From positions 32,001-96,000 of IMG/VR virus record IMGVR_UViG_3300017748_000002: a stretch of DNA of 64,000 bases; one strand, given 5' to 3'. Shown here piece after piece: positions 27,163-36,618 of the stretch (position 1 is its first letter; each line of letters opens with the position of its first letter). Source of the DNA: a virus. Under the pieces are notes generated by a model. It had not been told where the DNA came from. It worked only from the letters and a program-made list of their open reading frames with translations, and made no database searches. The translations under genes were made by a program, and so were the position numbers.

Positions 27163-28481
27163 GTACGTTTTGTCCATTAGCTTGGAACTCAATTAATTTA
27201 AGAAATAATGGTGATCTTCGGATTTGTTGTAATACCAACAGCTATAGTCCGAAGAAAGGTATCATGCGTAAAGAAGATGGTACACCGTATAACGCTGGTC
27301 GTGACGATTTAAATGAAGCACGTAATGCTGAGATTGTAAAGGACGTTCGTGTTTCAATGATGAAAGGCGAATGGAATCCTGAATGTGAACGTTGCCGCCA
27401 AGAAGAAGTGAATGGTATTAGATCAAGGAGAGAATATGAATCAGAAGATTGGGACCTTACGCTTGAAGAGGCTATGGAAAAAACTAACGAGGACGGATCC
27501 ATTGATCCTACTGATTTTGATATCGAGTTTTTCGATATTCGTTACGGCAATTTCTGCAACCTTAAATGCCGTATGTGCGGGCCCACCGACAGTCACATGT
27601 GGTATTCAGATCATGTCGCCCTTTACAATACCACCAAGTATAAAGATACTCACGATCTCATCCAACTGACTAAGAATGAAAAAGGTAAATGGTCTACAGA
27701 CCAGTATGACTGGTTTAAGAACTCAAACTTCTATTGGAATAACTTCGAGAAACATACTGGTAAAGCAAAGAAACTTTACATTGTAGGTGGTGAACCACTC
27801 ATCATTGAAGAACACTTTGAATCACTTGAAAGATTGATTGCTGCGGGTAGAGCCAAAGACATTCAGATTGAATACAACAGTAACCTGACTAACGTTACTG
27901 ACCGCATCATGAAGATATGGGAAGAGTTTAAACAGGTTCGTATTGGTGTTTCAATCGATGGTTATGCTGATGTGTTTGAATATCAAAGAACACCAGCTAA
28001 GTGGAAGTCTGTTTATAAAAACATGAAAAAACTAAACGACAATCCGAATATTAATTTAAAGGGTTGGTTTGCTTTTACAGTAACTCCGTTTAATGTATTT
28101 CATTTGCCTGAGTTTATGAAATGGAAACTTGAAGAATCTGGACTCACACGGTATAATCCTATCACTGGTCCACGTCCTATTATTACTCAACATATGTGTC
28201 ATTCACCAAAGTATTACAATGTGAAAGTTCTACCGCAAATGTTGAAGGATGAAGTCTGTGATACATACCAGGAGTACATTGATTGGGTAATGGATTCAAA
28301 TCATTCTGATCATGTGAAAAAGAAATTTATTGAGATACTCGATGGTATTATGGATTTTATGAATTCCGAAGATTTTGCAACAGACCATTTGCAAGAGTTT
28401 ATTGACCATACAAAGAAACTTGATTTGATACGTGGCCAGAATATTTTAGATGTAGTGCCACAATACGAGGGATTATTTTGA
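27159..28481 (+). CDS. Radical SAM enzyme with N-terminal twitch domain (subfamily A)
   Basis: FCPLAW...NGDLRICC...CERC..EE; CNLKCRMC; GGEPL; SIDG. Confidence 0.92.
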   Translation: MSTFCPLAWNSINLRNNGDLRICCNTNSYSPKKGIMRKEDGTPYNAGRDDLNEARNAEIVKDVRVSMMKGEWNPECERCRQEEVNGIRSRREYESEDWDLTLEEAMEKTNEDGSIDPTDFDIEFFDIRYGNFCNLKCRMCGPTDSHMWYSDHVALYNTTKYKDTHDLIQLTKNEKGKWSTDQYDWFKNSNFYWNNFEKHTGKAKKLYIVGGEPLIIEEHFESLERLIAAGRAKDIQIEYNSNLTNVTDRIMKIWEEFKQVRIGVSIDGYADVFEYQRTPAKWKSVYKNMKKLNDNPNINLKGWFAFTVTPFNVFHLPEFMKWKLEESGLTRYNPITGPRPIITQHMCHSPKYYNVKVLPQMLKDEVCDTYQEYIDWVMDSNHSDHVKKKFIEILDGIMDFMNSEDFATDHLQEFIDHTKKLDLIRGQNILDVVPQYEGLF

Positions 28482-29428
28482 AACAGGTAGCACAAAGAAT
28501 TAGTTGGAGAACACCTGAGACTCCGTTTGCCGTTCAATGGTACATGACACCAAGATGTAATTTTGATTGTGTCTACTGTATGCCATGGGATCCGGATAAT
28601 AAGTGGTCATACTATCATGACGATAAATCTAAACCACCAACATTTGATATAATGAAAACTTACGTAGATAAGATTATTGCTCATAGGGGAAATCATATTG
28701 AATGGGGTCTTGGCGGTGGCGAACCAACTGTTATTAAAGATCTTCCAAAGCTAGTAAAATATATTCGAAAAACAGATCCGTATGACTTGACAATTTGTAC
28801 AAATGGATCTTTACCAGAAAAGAAGCTTTTAAAATTATATGAAGATCTTGACGGTATGGTTATGTCATTACACATGGACTATGTTTCAAAGAATCCAGAT
28901 GAATATATCGAGAAATTGATTGCTCTCGAAGAACAACGTAGACCTGACCAAAGTTTGACAGCACGGTTTATTGTCAATCCTCTTCATATGGAATTGATCG
29001 ATAATATGTACCAAGAACTCATGATGGCTAGTATTAATAAGATCGATTTTCGAAATGTAAAGCTATTCAACGGTGAATCATTTTATAGTAATGAGCAAAT
29101 TAAAGTGATGGAATCATGGTACGACGAGTATGGTAAACAGACATCTAATATCATTCAAACGTTTGAAGATGGATCTGAAAAAGAAGTTAATTATGAATTA
29201 ATCACTTTGAATAATGAACATTCATACACTGGTTGGTCATGTATGGCTGGTATCGAACAATGCAATATTGATCCACTTGGAAGAGTCTCGGTTGGTAATT
29301 GTGCAGTTGGAGGATCTATTGGTAATTTAAATGATAATGATTTTACTTTCCCAACTGCACCTGTGACATGTACTAAACAATGGTGTTTAGATTATTGCGA
29401 TATTCGTACGACAAAATGGAAACCTTAA
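28478..29428 (+). CDS. Radical SAM enzyme with C-terminal twitch-like domain (subfamily B)
   Basis: CNFDCVYC, GGGEPT, TNGS, WSCMAG...NC...C....C...CD. Confidence 0.9.
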   Translation: MKQVAQRISWRTPETPFAVQWYMTPRCNFDCVYCMPWDPDNKWSYYHDDKSKPPTFDIMKTYVDKIIAHRGNHIEWGLGGGEPTVIKDLPKLVKYIRKTDPYDLTICTNGSLPEKKLLKLYEDLDGMVMSLHMDYVSKNPDEYIEKLIALEEQRRPDQSLTARFIVNPLHMELIDNMYQELMMASINKIDFRNVKLFNGESFYSNEQIKVMESWYDEYGKQTSNIIQTFEDGSEKEVNYELITLNNEHSYTGWSCMAGIEQCNIDPLGRVSVGNCAVGGSIGNLNDNDFTFPTAPVTCTKQWCLDYCDIRTTKWKP

Positions 29429-30615
29429 ACTATTCTCAAACATTCTGTCCGATGCCTTTCAATCATTCTTATATCGGACCTGAGCAAATTAAAAAACCTT
29501 GCTCGCGATTTCTATTTCCGGAAATTGACCATGACAACTATGATCAATTCATTAAAGAACTTCAACAGTACAAGTTAAAAGGTGAAAGACATCCGGGTTG
29601 CCGTAAGTGTTGGGAAGAAGAAGATGCTGGTCGAAAAAGATCACTAAGGCAAATTCATCTTGAAGTCGGTGGATTTAACTATCCATTAGTACACGATCTA
29701 GATCCTCATGATCCAAAAATTCGTTGGCTTGAATTAGCATTTTCAAATCGTTGTAATATTCGCTGTCGTATGTGTGGTCCTTTCTACTCAACAAACTGGT
29801 TTAAAGATTGGGTAGCAGTAAATGAATATGCTTTTGGTGTACCGGGTGTAGGTAAAAAGAAAGAAGACATTGAAACATGGTTAGCAACAAATGGTAATAA
29901 ACCACAAGGGTTTGACATATCGGAATTAGATGAGCATATCCCACATTTACGTATGGTAAAGATGACTGGTGGAGAGCCGTTCATCATTCCGGAATATCAA
30001 CAAATTCTAGAACGTATTGATGAGATTGGTAACGCCGAAGGTATGTGGTTGAACTATAGTACTAACCTTACAGTCCGTCCAAAGAAAAGACTCAAAGAAC
30101 TCTGGCAAAAATACGAAAAGATAATGTTTGCTGCTTCGCTTGATGGAGTAGGGCATTTCCAAGAATACCAAAGATATCCGACTCAATGGTGTGACGTGAA
30201 ACAAGTGATGGATGATCTAATGGAGATTCCTAATTCTTGGGTTGGAGTCAGATCAACTATTACGATCTATAATGTTCTCAACATGTCAGGTATTGCTAAC
30301 TGGTTTGCTGAGCAAGAAGATAAATATCATGGATTCAGCGAAGACAGTTGGTTGAATTTTGTAGCTGTGTCTGAGCCAAATTTCTTATCAATCACCGTTT
30401 TACCAAAGTGGGCTAAAGATATGGTAGCTGAAAGATTATCATGGTCTGCACCATCAAGAAAAGTCCAAGATAATTTTGATCAAATAATCAATTATATGTA
30501 CAACCAAGATAATTCACACCTTCTTCCAAAATTCAAAGATTACACGAATAAATTAGATGCTGTTCGTAATGAAAGTTTTAAAGAAGTCAACCCTGAATTT
30601 GCGAGTCTAGTATGA
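29416..30615 (+). CDS. Radical SAM enzyme with N-terminal twitch domain (subfamily A)
   Basis: FCPMPF...KPCS...CRKCWEEE; CNIRCRMC; TGGEPF; SLDG; likely start ATG 29416. Confidence 0.9.
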   Translation: METLNYSQTFCPMPFNHSYIGPEQIKKPCSRFLFPEIDHDNYDQFIKELQQYKLKGERHPGCRKCWEEEDAGRKRSLRQIHLEVGGFNYPLVHDLDPHDPKIRWLELAFSNRCNIRCRMCGPFYSTNWFKDWVAVNEYAFGVPGVGKKKEDIETWLATNGNKPQGFDISELDEHIPHLRMVKMTGGEPFIIPEYQQILERIDEIGNAEGMWLNYSTNLTVRPKKRLKELWQKYEKIMFAASLDGVGHFQEYQRYPTQWCDVKQVMDDLMEIPNSWVGVRSTITIYNVLNMSGIANWFAEQEDKYHGFSEDSWLNFVAVSEPNFLSITVLPKWAKDMVAERLSWSAPSRKVQDNFDQIINYMYNQDNSHLLPKFKDYTNKLDAVRNESFKEVNPEFASLV

Positions 30616-31517
30616 AATACGAAGAGTTATCATTTGACGATCTAGGAACTAAACGGCAAAGGCCGATGTTTTTAAGTACCTTTACTCAATTTCGTGCTAG
30701 CATGAATATGAGAACATACCCACATGATCCTCATGCTTATACAAAACACTTCTTAAATGAAATTGATATGTGGATTCATGCTCATAAATGGGTTCAGTAT
30801 AGAGGATTAGAACGCTTTCCAATACGTGAAGCCATACATGGAACGACTCATACACTTGATGAATTGCATTATCTACATAAAGGAAAGATTTGTGTGTTTG
30901 ACGGTGAATACAGATATCACGAAAGATTGCTTGGTTGGAAATTAAAAAAGATAAAAGCTGCTGATGAAATTTCGTTTGGTGATGTTCTTGTAGTATCATA
31001 TCCATCGTGTATTACTACAAATTATCTTCCAGATTTTGATGAAGTTCTTGATCATTGCTATAAAATAAATGTGCCAGTTCATATTGATGGAGCTTGGTTT
31101 GGTCAGTGTCGAAACTTTTATTTTAATGCTAGCCATCCAGCAATTCAATCAGTGTCTGTATCTTTATCGAAAGCTCTTGGTATGGGATCAAATAGAATTG
31201 GTATTCGTTACAGCCGAGAAAAAGTCGCAGGTCCTATTTCTATTATGAATGACTATAATTATTGTAATGTGTCTGATATGTGGATCGGTGTTGAAATGAT
31301 GAAATACTATGGTCCTGATTTTTGGTGGAAAAATTATACACCGTTGTATCAAAAAGTGTGTAAAGACTTTGGTTTAGAAGAATGCCACTCAATTCATCTT
31401 GGCAAAGGTGATACATATTATGGAATACGTACACCACTTCGATTGTTAATTGAAGGTAAGTACGATGAGCGTGGAACTGATAGAGGATTAAATGACATCG
31501 AAAGAAACGAAAAATAG
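30612..31517 (+). CDS. PLP-dependent enzyme (fold type I, aminotransferase-like)
   Basis: HIDGAW (PLP-binding Asp), SLSKALG (Schiff-base Lys), RIG.R. Confidence 0.7.
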   Translation: MKYEELSFDDLGTKRQRPMFLSTFTQFRASMNMRTYPHDPHAYTKHFLNEIDMWIHAHKWVQYRGLERFPIREAIHGTTHTLDELHYLHKGKICVFDGEYRYHERLLGWKLKKIKAADEISFGDVLVVSYPSCITTNYLPDFDEVLDHCYKINVPVHIDGAWFGQCRNFYFNASHPAIQSVSVSLSKALGMGSNRIGIRYSREKVAGPISIMNDYNYCNVSDMWIGVEMMKYYGPDFWWKNYTPLYQKVCKDFGLEECHSIHLGKGDTYYGIRTPLRLLIEGKYDERGTDRGLNDIERNEK

Positions 31518-32034
31518 AATCATTGATAATCCATTTGACATGGATACAATTGACATGATTCTTGAAAATACTCAAGATGAGCGTAGATACCTCGGTAAAG
31601 AAAAAAAGAACTGGGTACGAAGATTACCTGAAGCTGCTCAAGAATATATGAATAGACAGATGGATTGTTTCCAAGGTCGGTGGGTCTTTGAATACTTTCA
31701 TTCTGATGTCAATGTTTTATATCATACCGACACTATCCCTGGTAATGATGGTGATCTTGGTTGTATTGTTCCGATTGATTGGAGTGGTCATCAACCAGCA
31801 ACTCTTATGTACAAATGGTGGTCAGATCGAAGAGTAATATATGCTGGGTCAAATCAAGTTCGATATGAAGACACTGGTGAATTAGAATACTTACATTTAG
31901 GTTATCATTCAGTTGATATGATTTTTGAATGGGATAGAGAGAAAGCGCTTATATTCGATTGTAAGCAATTACATTCAGCTCGAAAGTTTAATCAAAGCGC
32001 TTGGAAGGATTTTTTAATTGGATTCGTTGTCTAA
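31492..32034 (+). CDS. 2OG-Fe(II) oxygenase-like protein
   Basis: HTD (HxD), beta-strand core, distal LIFD..QLHS and terminal K..L.GF. Confidence 0.55.
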   Translation: MTSKETKNRIIDNPFDMDTIDMILENTQDERRYLGKEKKNWVRRLPEAAQEYMNRQMDCFQGRWVFEYFHSDVNVLYHTDTIPGNDGDLGCIVPIDWSGHQPATLMYKWWSDRRVIYAGSNQVRYEDTGELEYLHLGYHSVDMIFEWDREKALIFDCKQLHSARKFNQSAWKDFLIGFVV

Positions 32035-33205
32035 GACAGTATGTATGCTTCCATGGGAATCTTTTACTGTGACGATGAAGAATACGATTCGTCCTTGTTG
32101 TAGATTTCCTACTCAAGAAGCAGTAGGTATGCAAGATTATGAGAATGCTTTTCGTCAATTACGAGAAGACATGTTAGCTGGAAAACAAGATCCACGTTGT
32201 TCAAAGTGTTTTGAAGAAGAGGCAAGCGGTAATCCAAGTATGCGTACCGCTGCTAATGAGTTTCACGGTTTTGATTTTAAGAAAGAGCATCTTACTTCAG
32301 ACTTTCGTAAACTAACTCATATTGAATTAAGCCTAGACAATACTTGTAATCTACAATGCCGAATGTGTTCTAGTCAATTCTCGTCTAAGCTTCTGAAAAG
32401 AGATCAATGGTTAGTCAACAGCCATGAGCATCTCGATTTTCACGTGGCTAAAGTTCAAAAGTCAAGATACGAAACGTTGAAAGATCTCAAGGTTGATTGG
32501 TCTGAGCTTCGTAGTGTAAAACTACTTGGTGGTGAACCATTTCTTTCTCCCAACTTTCTAGACTTCTTGTATTTTCTTGATATGAGAACGGATATCTCAA
32601 ATGTTCAACTCGAGATCGTAACCAATTGTACTACTCAATTGACTGAAGAAATAGTCGAGATTCTCAATCAATTTAAGTTTATTCGATTGTCTGGTAGCTT
32701 TGATGGATTACCAAAACATAGCGCATATCAAAGAGTCGGATCTATTTGGCATAGAGGTCTAGATAATTTTATTGAATACGGTGAACTACTTACCAATTGT
32801 AGATCTACTATACACCAAACATTTACTGTTCTTAATGTAAGTCATTTAGATGAGGCACTCTCTTTATATAAACCTCATTGCGATACTCAATCTTGGTCAT
32901 ATGACGATTATCAATTCTCTTTCTTACACGCTCCCGATTGGTTTGAAGACTGGGTATTGTCAAGAAATAATAATCAGAAGCTTCGTAATATTTTTAAGAA
33001 ACGTAAGTATGATCATATTAAATGGCATAGATTACTTCACACCATACAAGTATTTGATGATTATCATGGAACAAGTCTGAAAGAAGCGAACCCGGAATTA
33101 GCTGAAGCGTTGCGTATAAATACCAAACGATATGTGGATGCACACATACGACCTGAAACTCGTGATTGTTATTACTGTGATTTAGTAGATGAAAAAATAT
33201 TATAA
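32018..33205 (+). CDS. Radical SAM enzyme with N-terminal twitch domain (subfamily A)
   Basis: VCMLPW...IRPCC...CSKCFEEE; CNLQCRMC; GGEPF; SFDG. Confidence 0.9.
   Translation: MDSLSKTVCMLPWESFTVTMKNTIRPCCRFPTQEAVGMQDYENAFRQLREDMLAGKQDPRCSKCFEEEASGNPSMRTAANEFHGFDFKKEHLTSDFRKLTHIELSLDNTCNLQCRMCSSQFSSKLLKRDQWLVNSHEHLDFHVAKVQKSRYETLKDLKVDWSELRSVKLLGGEPFLSPNFLDFLYFLDMRTDISNVQLEIVTNCTTQLTEEIVEILNQFKFIRLSGSFDGLPKHSAYQRVGSIWHRGLDNFIEYGELLTNCRSTIHQTFTVLNVSHLDEALSLYKPHCDTQSWSYDDYQFSFLHAPDWFEDWVLSRNNNQKLRNIFKKRKYDHIKWHRLLHTIQVFDDYHGTSLKEANPELAEALRINTKRYVDAHIRPETRDCYYCDLVDEKIL
33115..33122 (+). promoter_or_regulatory. T4-type late promoter TATAAATA inside the island
   Basis: Exact motif 66 nt upstream of the FkbM-like gene. 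Confidence 0.55.
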
Positions 33206-33857
33206 TATTAGAGTTCTGAACGATCTTCTACAAAAGAAATTAGAACATCGCTGGAATAAAGATGATGAATTTTATTGGGGTGGCAAGGCTGGTCAAAAGC
33301 TATCTTATCATATAGATTTACTTTCTTTCCATTATATGTATCTTTATGATTTTGATTTTGGTTCGTATGTAGATGTTGGAGCTTTGCAATGCAGTGAAAC
33401 ATTTTTTGAATTGTTTGATGAATGTCACTTATTCGAACCAAATCCACTTTATAGCAAAGAACTTAGAAAATGTGATAATGTAAATCTTTACGAAATGGCT
33501 CTTACAGACAAAAAAAGTAAAGCAACACTATATATCGGAGACGGAACATCTACGTTAAATGGTAAATATGTTGAAGACAATGAAGATTTTTTTAAGCATG
33601 AAATAGTAGTAACTACTAATATTTTAGATAACTACGATTTTAAAGTAGATTTTCTTAAAATAGATACTGATGGTAGTGACGCAGATGTTATTACAGGTGG
33701 TGAAAAAATAATAGCAAAAGAAAAACCACTTATCTTTATTGAGCATTTTATGAATAAAGATTCAGTAGAACGTGAATGTCTATTTGATAATGGATTTGTT
33801 GAAATATCTGGACAAACAAAAAGTAATAAATTTTATGTACACAGTGAACGACTATGA
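33189..33857 (+). CDS. FkbM-family methyltransferase
   Basis: YVDVGA, FEPNP, ALTD, LKIDTDGSD..VI.GG...I....P.IFIE. Confidence 0.8.
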   Translation: MKKYYNIRVLNDLLQKKLEHRWNKDDEFYWGGKAGQKLSYHIDLLSFHYMYLYDFDFGSYVDVGALQCSETFFELFDECHLFEPNPLYSKELRKCDNVNLYEMALTDKKSKATLYIGDGTSTLNGKYVEDNEDFFKHEIVVTTNILDNYDFKVDFLKIDTDGSDADVITGGEKIIAKEKPLIFIEHFMNKDSVERECLFDNGFVEISGQTKSNKFYVHSERL

Positions 33858-35035
33858 AATGTAAACTTGCTTGGAGCCATTTAGATTTTAAACCCGGTGG
33901 TTATGCCCCGTGTTATAGATTCAAACTACATAATGGACATCAATTTGGTAGTGTACCAGAAATGCCTGATGTTAATTCATCAGAGTGGAAACGTGTACGC
34001 GAACAATTGATGAATGATGAATGGCCAGCCGAATGTATAGATTGTAGGATCCAAGAAGAAAATGGAATCAAATCGTACAGACAAAGATCCGAAGATCTAC
34101 TGGTTTCAGAACCAGATTATAATAACACGGAAGTCGTCGTCCGAGACCTCCAGCTCAAACTCAACAGAGCATGCAACTATTCATGCCGGCATTGCACGGT
34201 TGCTTCTAACTCTAACTTTATTAAAGTCGGAAAGAAAAACCCGAAAGTAGGGCAGAAGCTTTGGGATGATCACCACTTCGATCACGTGATCGAAAGACAC
34301 GATCATCAGATTGATATTCCAACACCTGAAGTTATTGACCATCTCTTTGAAAATGTATTACCAACAGTAGAACGCATTGAATTCTCTGGTGGTGAGCCGT
34401 TCTTTCATGTTGAGATGTATCGGTTTCTTGAAAGAATGATTGCAGATCCAAAGATTGATACGAGCAAAATCACTCTTGTTTACAATACAAACATGTCAAT
34501 TACTAAATTTAAGAATTATGACATTGTTAAATTATGGGAACACTTCAACCGAGCTGATATTACTGTCAGTATGGACGGAACCGGAGATCTATTTAATTAC
34601 TTTAGACAAGGCGGTGACTATGAAACTGTCATAGAAAATATTCATGATATGTTGAATAGAACAGACAAAGTTGAAAAGCTTCTTTTAGTTTGTACTACCA
34701 CAGCTTATCATGCTTTTTATATGAATGAAATTAGTAATGATTTATTTCATCTCAAAGAAGATTTAGAAAGACACTATGGAGTTGAAGTCAAGTATAGAAC
34801 CACTTTTGTACATTGGCCTGAAGGACTTGATATTGTGAACTTAGCAGAAGACACAAAGAAAGAGATTCTACAAAACTTATCTTATAACGATTTTACTCGT
34901 GAATTTGAAATGAGACTTCAAGGCAAGAGAACAATTCCAGAAGAAACATTCAAAGAAATTGTCAAACTACAAGATCAACTTTATAATAGGGATGCGAGTG
35001 AATTAGCTCCAAAGATTTTCGATTATGTCTACTAA
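33854..35035 (+). CDS. Radical SAM enzyme with N-terminal twitch domain (subfamily A)
   Basis: KCKLAW.HL...PGG.APCY...CIDC..QE; CNYSCRHC; SGGEPF; SMDG. Confidence 0.9.
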   Translation: MKCKLAWSHLDFKPGGYAPCYRFKLHNGHQFGSVPEMPDVNSSEWKRVREQLMNDEWPAECIDCRIQEENGIKSYRQRSEDLLVSEPDYNNTEVVVRDLQLKLNRACNYSCRHCTVASNSNFIKVGKKNPKVGQKLWDDHHFDHVIERHDHQIDIPTPEVIDHLFENVLPTVERIEFSGGEPFFHVEMYRFLERMIADPKIDTSKITLVYNTNMSITKFKNYDIVKLWEHFNRADITVSMDGTGDLFNYFRQGGDYETVIENIHDMLNRTDKVEKLLLVCTTTAYHAFYMNEISNDLFHLKEDLERHYGVEVKYRTTFVHWPEGLDIVNLAEDTKKEILQNLSYNDFTREFEMRLQGKRTIPEETFKEIVKLQDQLYNRDASELAPKIFDYVY

Positions 35036-35900
35036 AAAATTACTTATTGCAGTAGGTGATAGTTTTACTGATCCAAAATTATATTCGTTCATTCCTAAGG
35101 TCTGGCCAGAATATGTTGCAGAATTGGCAGACTGGGATCACATTAATCTAGGGAAAGGTGGAGCGTCTAATTATTACATTTTCAATAAAGCAATTGACGC
35201 AATTGAAAAGTACAGTGATAGAGATATTGTAGTCATTGCTAACTGGTCTGACGTTTTACGCATTAATTTGTTTGATGTTACAAGCGGAATGTTGGAAGGC
35301 GAAGAAGAGCTCATTCAAAGATTTGAATCGAAAGTAAAAGATAAAGGTGTTAACGTTACAGATATGCGAAAATATCTTAGTCGAACTCTACAACTTACTA
35401 GTACAATATCTCAATCTATTGATGAGTCAAGAGAAAGAGATACCACTTTATCTGATATCTACTTTAAAGTAGTAGATTATACACTACGAACTATGTATCT
35501 TCTAGAAGAATATTGTGCTTTAAGAGGAATAGAATTTTATCATTTTTCTAGTATAACTCCGCTGCCAGATGAGACTTTTATTGGAGCAATGACGTCACAT
35601 CCAAAACATACTTATGAGTTTGAGTCTGAAATTAAAGAAATAGAAAAAGGATCTACAAGAATTAAGAATGAAAGTGTATGGTATAATAAACTATTGGAAA
35701 GCAAAAAATATATTGGCTTTTCTTGGGATGCTCACCACTATGTTAAACAACAAGATTTAATGGTGAGTAAAAACGATCATCACCCTAATGCTAAAGGTCA
35801 TGAGCATTTAGGAAATATCATACACAATTTTGTTATTTCTAGAGAAGTAGAACCATTAAACGTGAAAAAATTTGAGAGGCCTATATATGTCTATGATTAA
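35025..35900 (+). CDS. SGNH/GDSL-like esterase or acyltransferase
   Basis: VGDSFT (block I), NLGKGGASN (block II), DHHPN.KGH (block V). Confidence 0.75.
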   Translation: MSTKKLLIAVGDSFTDPKLYSFIPKVWPEYVAELADWDHINLGKGGASNYYIFNKAIDAIEKYSDRDIVVIANWSDVLRINLFDVTSGMLEGEEELIQRFESKVKDKGVNVTDMRKYLSRTLQLTSTISQSIDESRERDTTLSDIYFKVVDYTLRTMYLLEEYCALRGIEFYHFSSITPLPDETFIGAMTSHPKHTYEFESEIKEIEKGSTRIKNESVWYNKLLESKKYIGFSWDAHHYVKQQDLMVSKNDHHPNAKGHEHLGNIIHNFVISREVEPLNVKKFERPIYVYD

Positions 35901-36618
35901 GATTCCAGTACAAACAGAAAATGTAATAATAAGATTGTCAGGTGGAGCCGATAGCGCTTTACTCTTATGGATGATTTGCGATGAGTGGACTAAGGTAAAA
36001 AAGCCTTTGACTGTTTGGCCAATTACGGTAGTTCATGGTGTACGTAATTGGCAAAATTATCACGCTCAACAAGTCTATGACTGGATGCAAGATCACTGGA
36101 AATATGCTAACGTAAGGTTTGCTCCTATACAATCAATGATGTGCTTAGATCCGGGTGGTAAACCAAATAGTAAGAATGCGAACAATTATGTCGATTACCA
36201 AGAAAATCTAATTGATGATACGGTAAAACAAATTGGCGAATATACTCAAGTTTTTAATGGTGTAACTGCGAATCCACCTGAAGAGATTGGCCAAAAACAC
36301 TGGGGATCATCGGACGTGTTCGGTGAAGAAGTTTGGGAATGCCGAGAAAAACATCGTGATTGGACATGCAGAGAATCAAAACCTCAAGTTGATGACGATG
36401 AAGCTAGAAATATATTACACTGCTGTCCTTTTGTCCAACACCACAAAGGTCATATTGCAGAGCTATACTGGAGACATGACTTAACTAATACCTTGCTTCC
36501 ATTGACTCGGTCGTGTGAAGGATGGGATTATATGACAAAAGGTTTCTCAGAAGAGTGTGGAGAATGCTGGTGGTGTATGGAAAGAGACTGGGCATTTAAT
36601 AAGCATGGAGAAAAATAA
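35887..36618 (+). CDS. QueC-like PP-loop ATP pyrophosphatase
   Basis: LSGGADSA PP-loop; C-terminal TRSC...CGECWWC.ER zinc site. Confidence 0.75.
   Translation: MSMIKIPVQTENVIIRLSGGADSALLLWMICDEWTKVKKPLTVWPITVVHGVRNWQNYHAQQVYDWMQDHWKYANVRFAPIQSMMCLDPGGKPNSKNANNYVDYQENLIDDTVKQIGEYTQVFNGVTANPPEEIGQKHWGSSDVFGEEVWECREKHRDWTCRESKPQVDDDEARNILHCCPFVQHHKGHIAELYWRHDLTNTLLPLTRSCEGWDYMTKGFSEECGECWWCMERDWAFNKHGEK

Noticed and set aside
35887-36618. Complete 7-deazaguanine DNA modification pathway
   Set aside because: Only a QueC-like gene is present; no FolE, QueD or DpdA is recognisable, and none of the radical SAMs can be called QueE.
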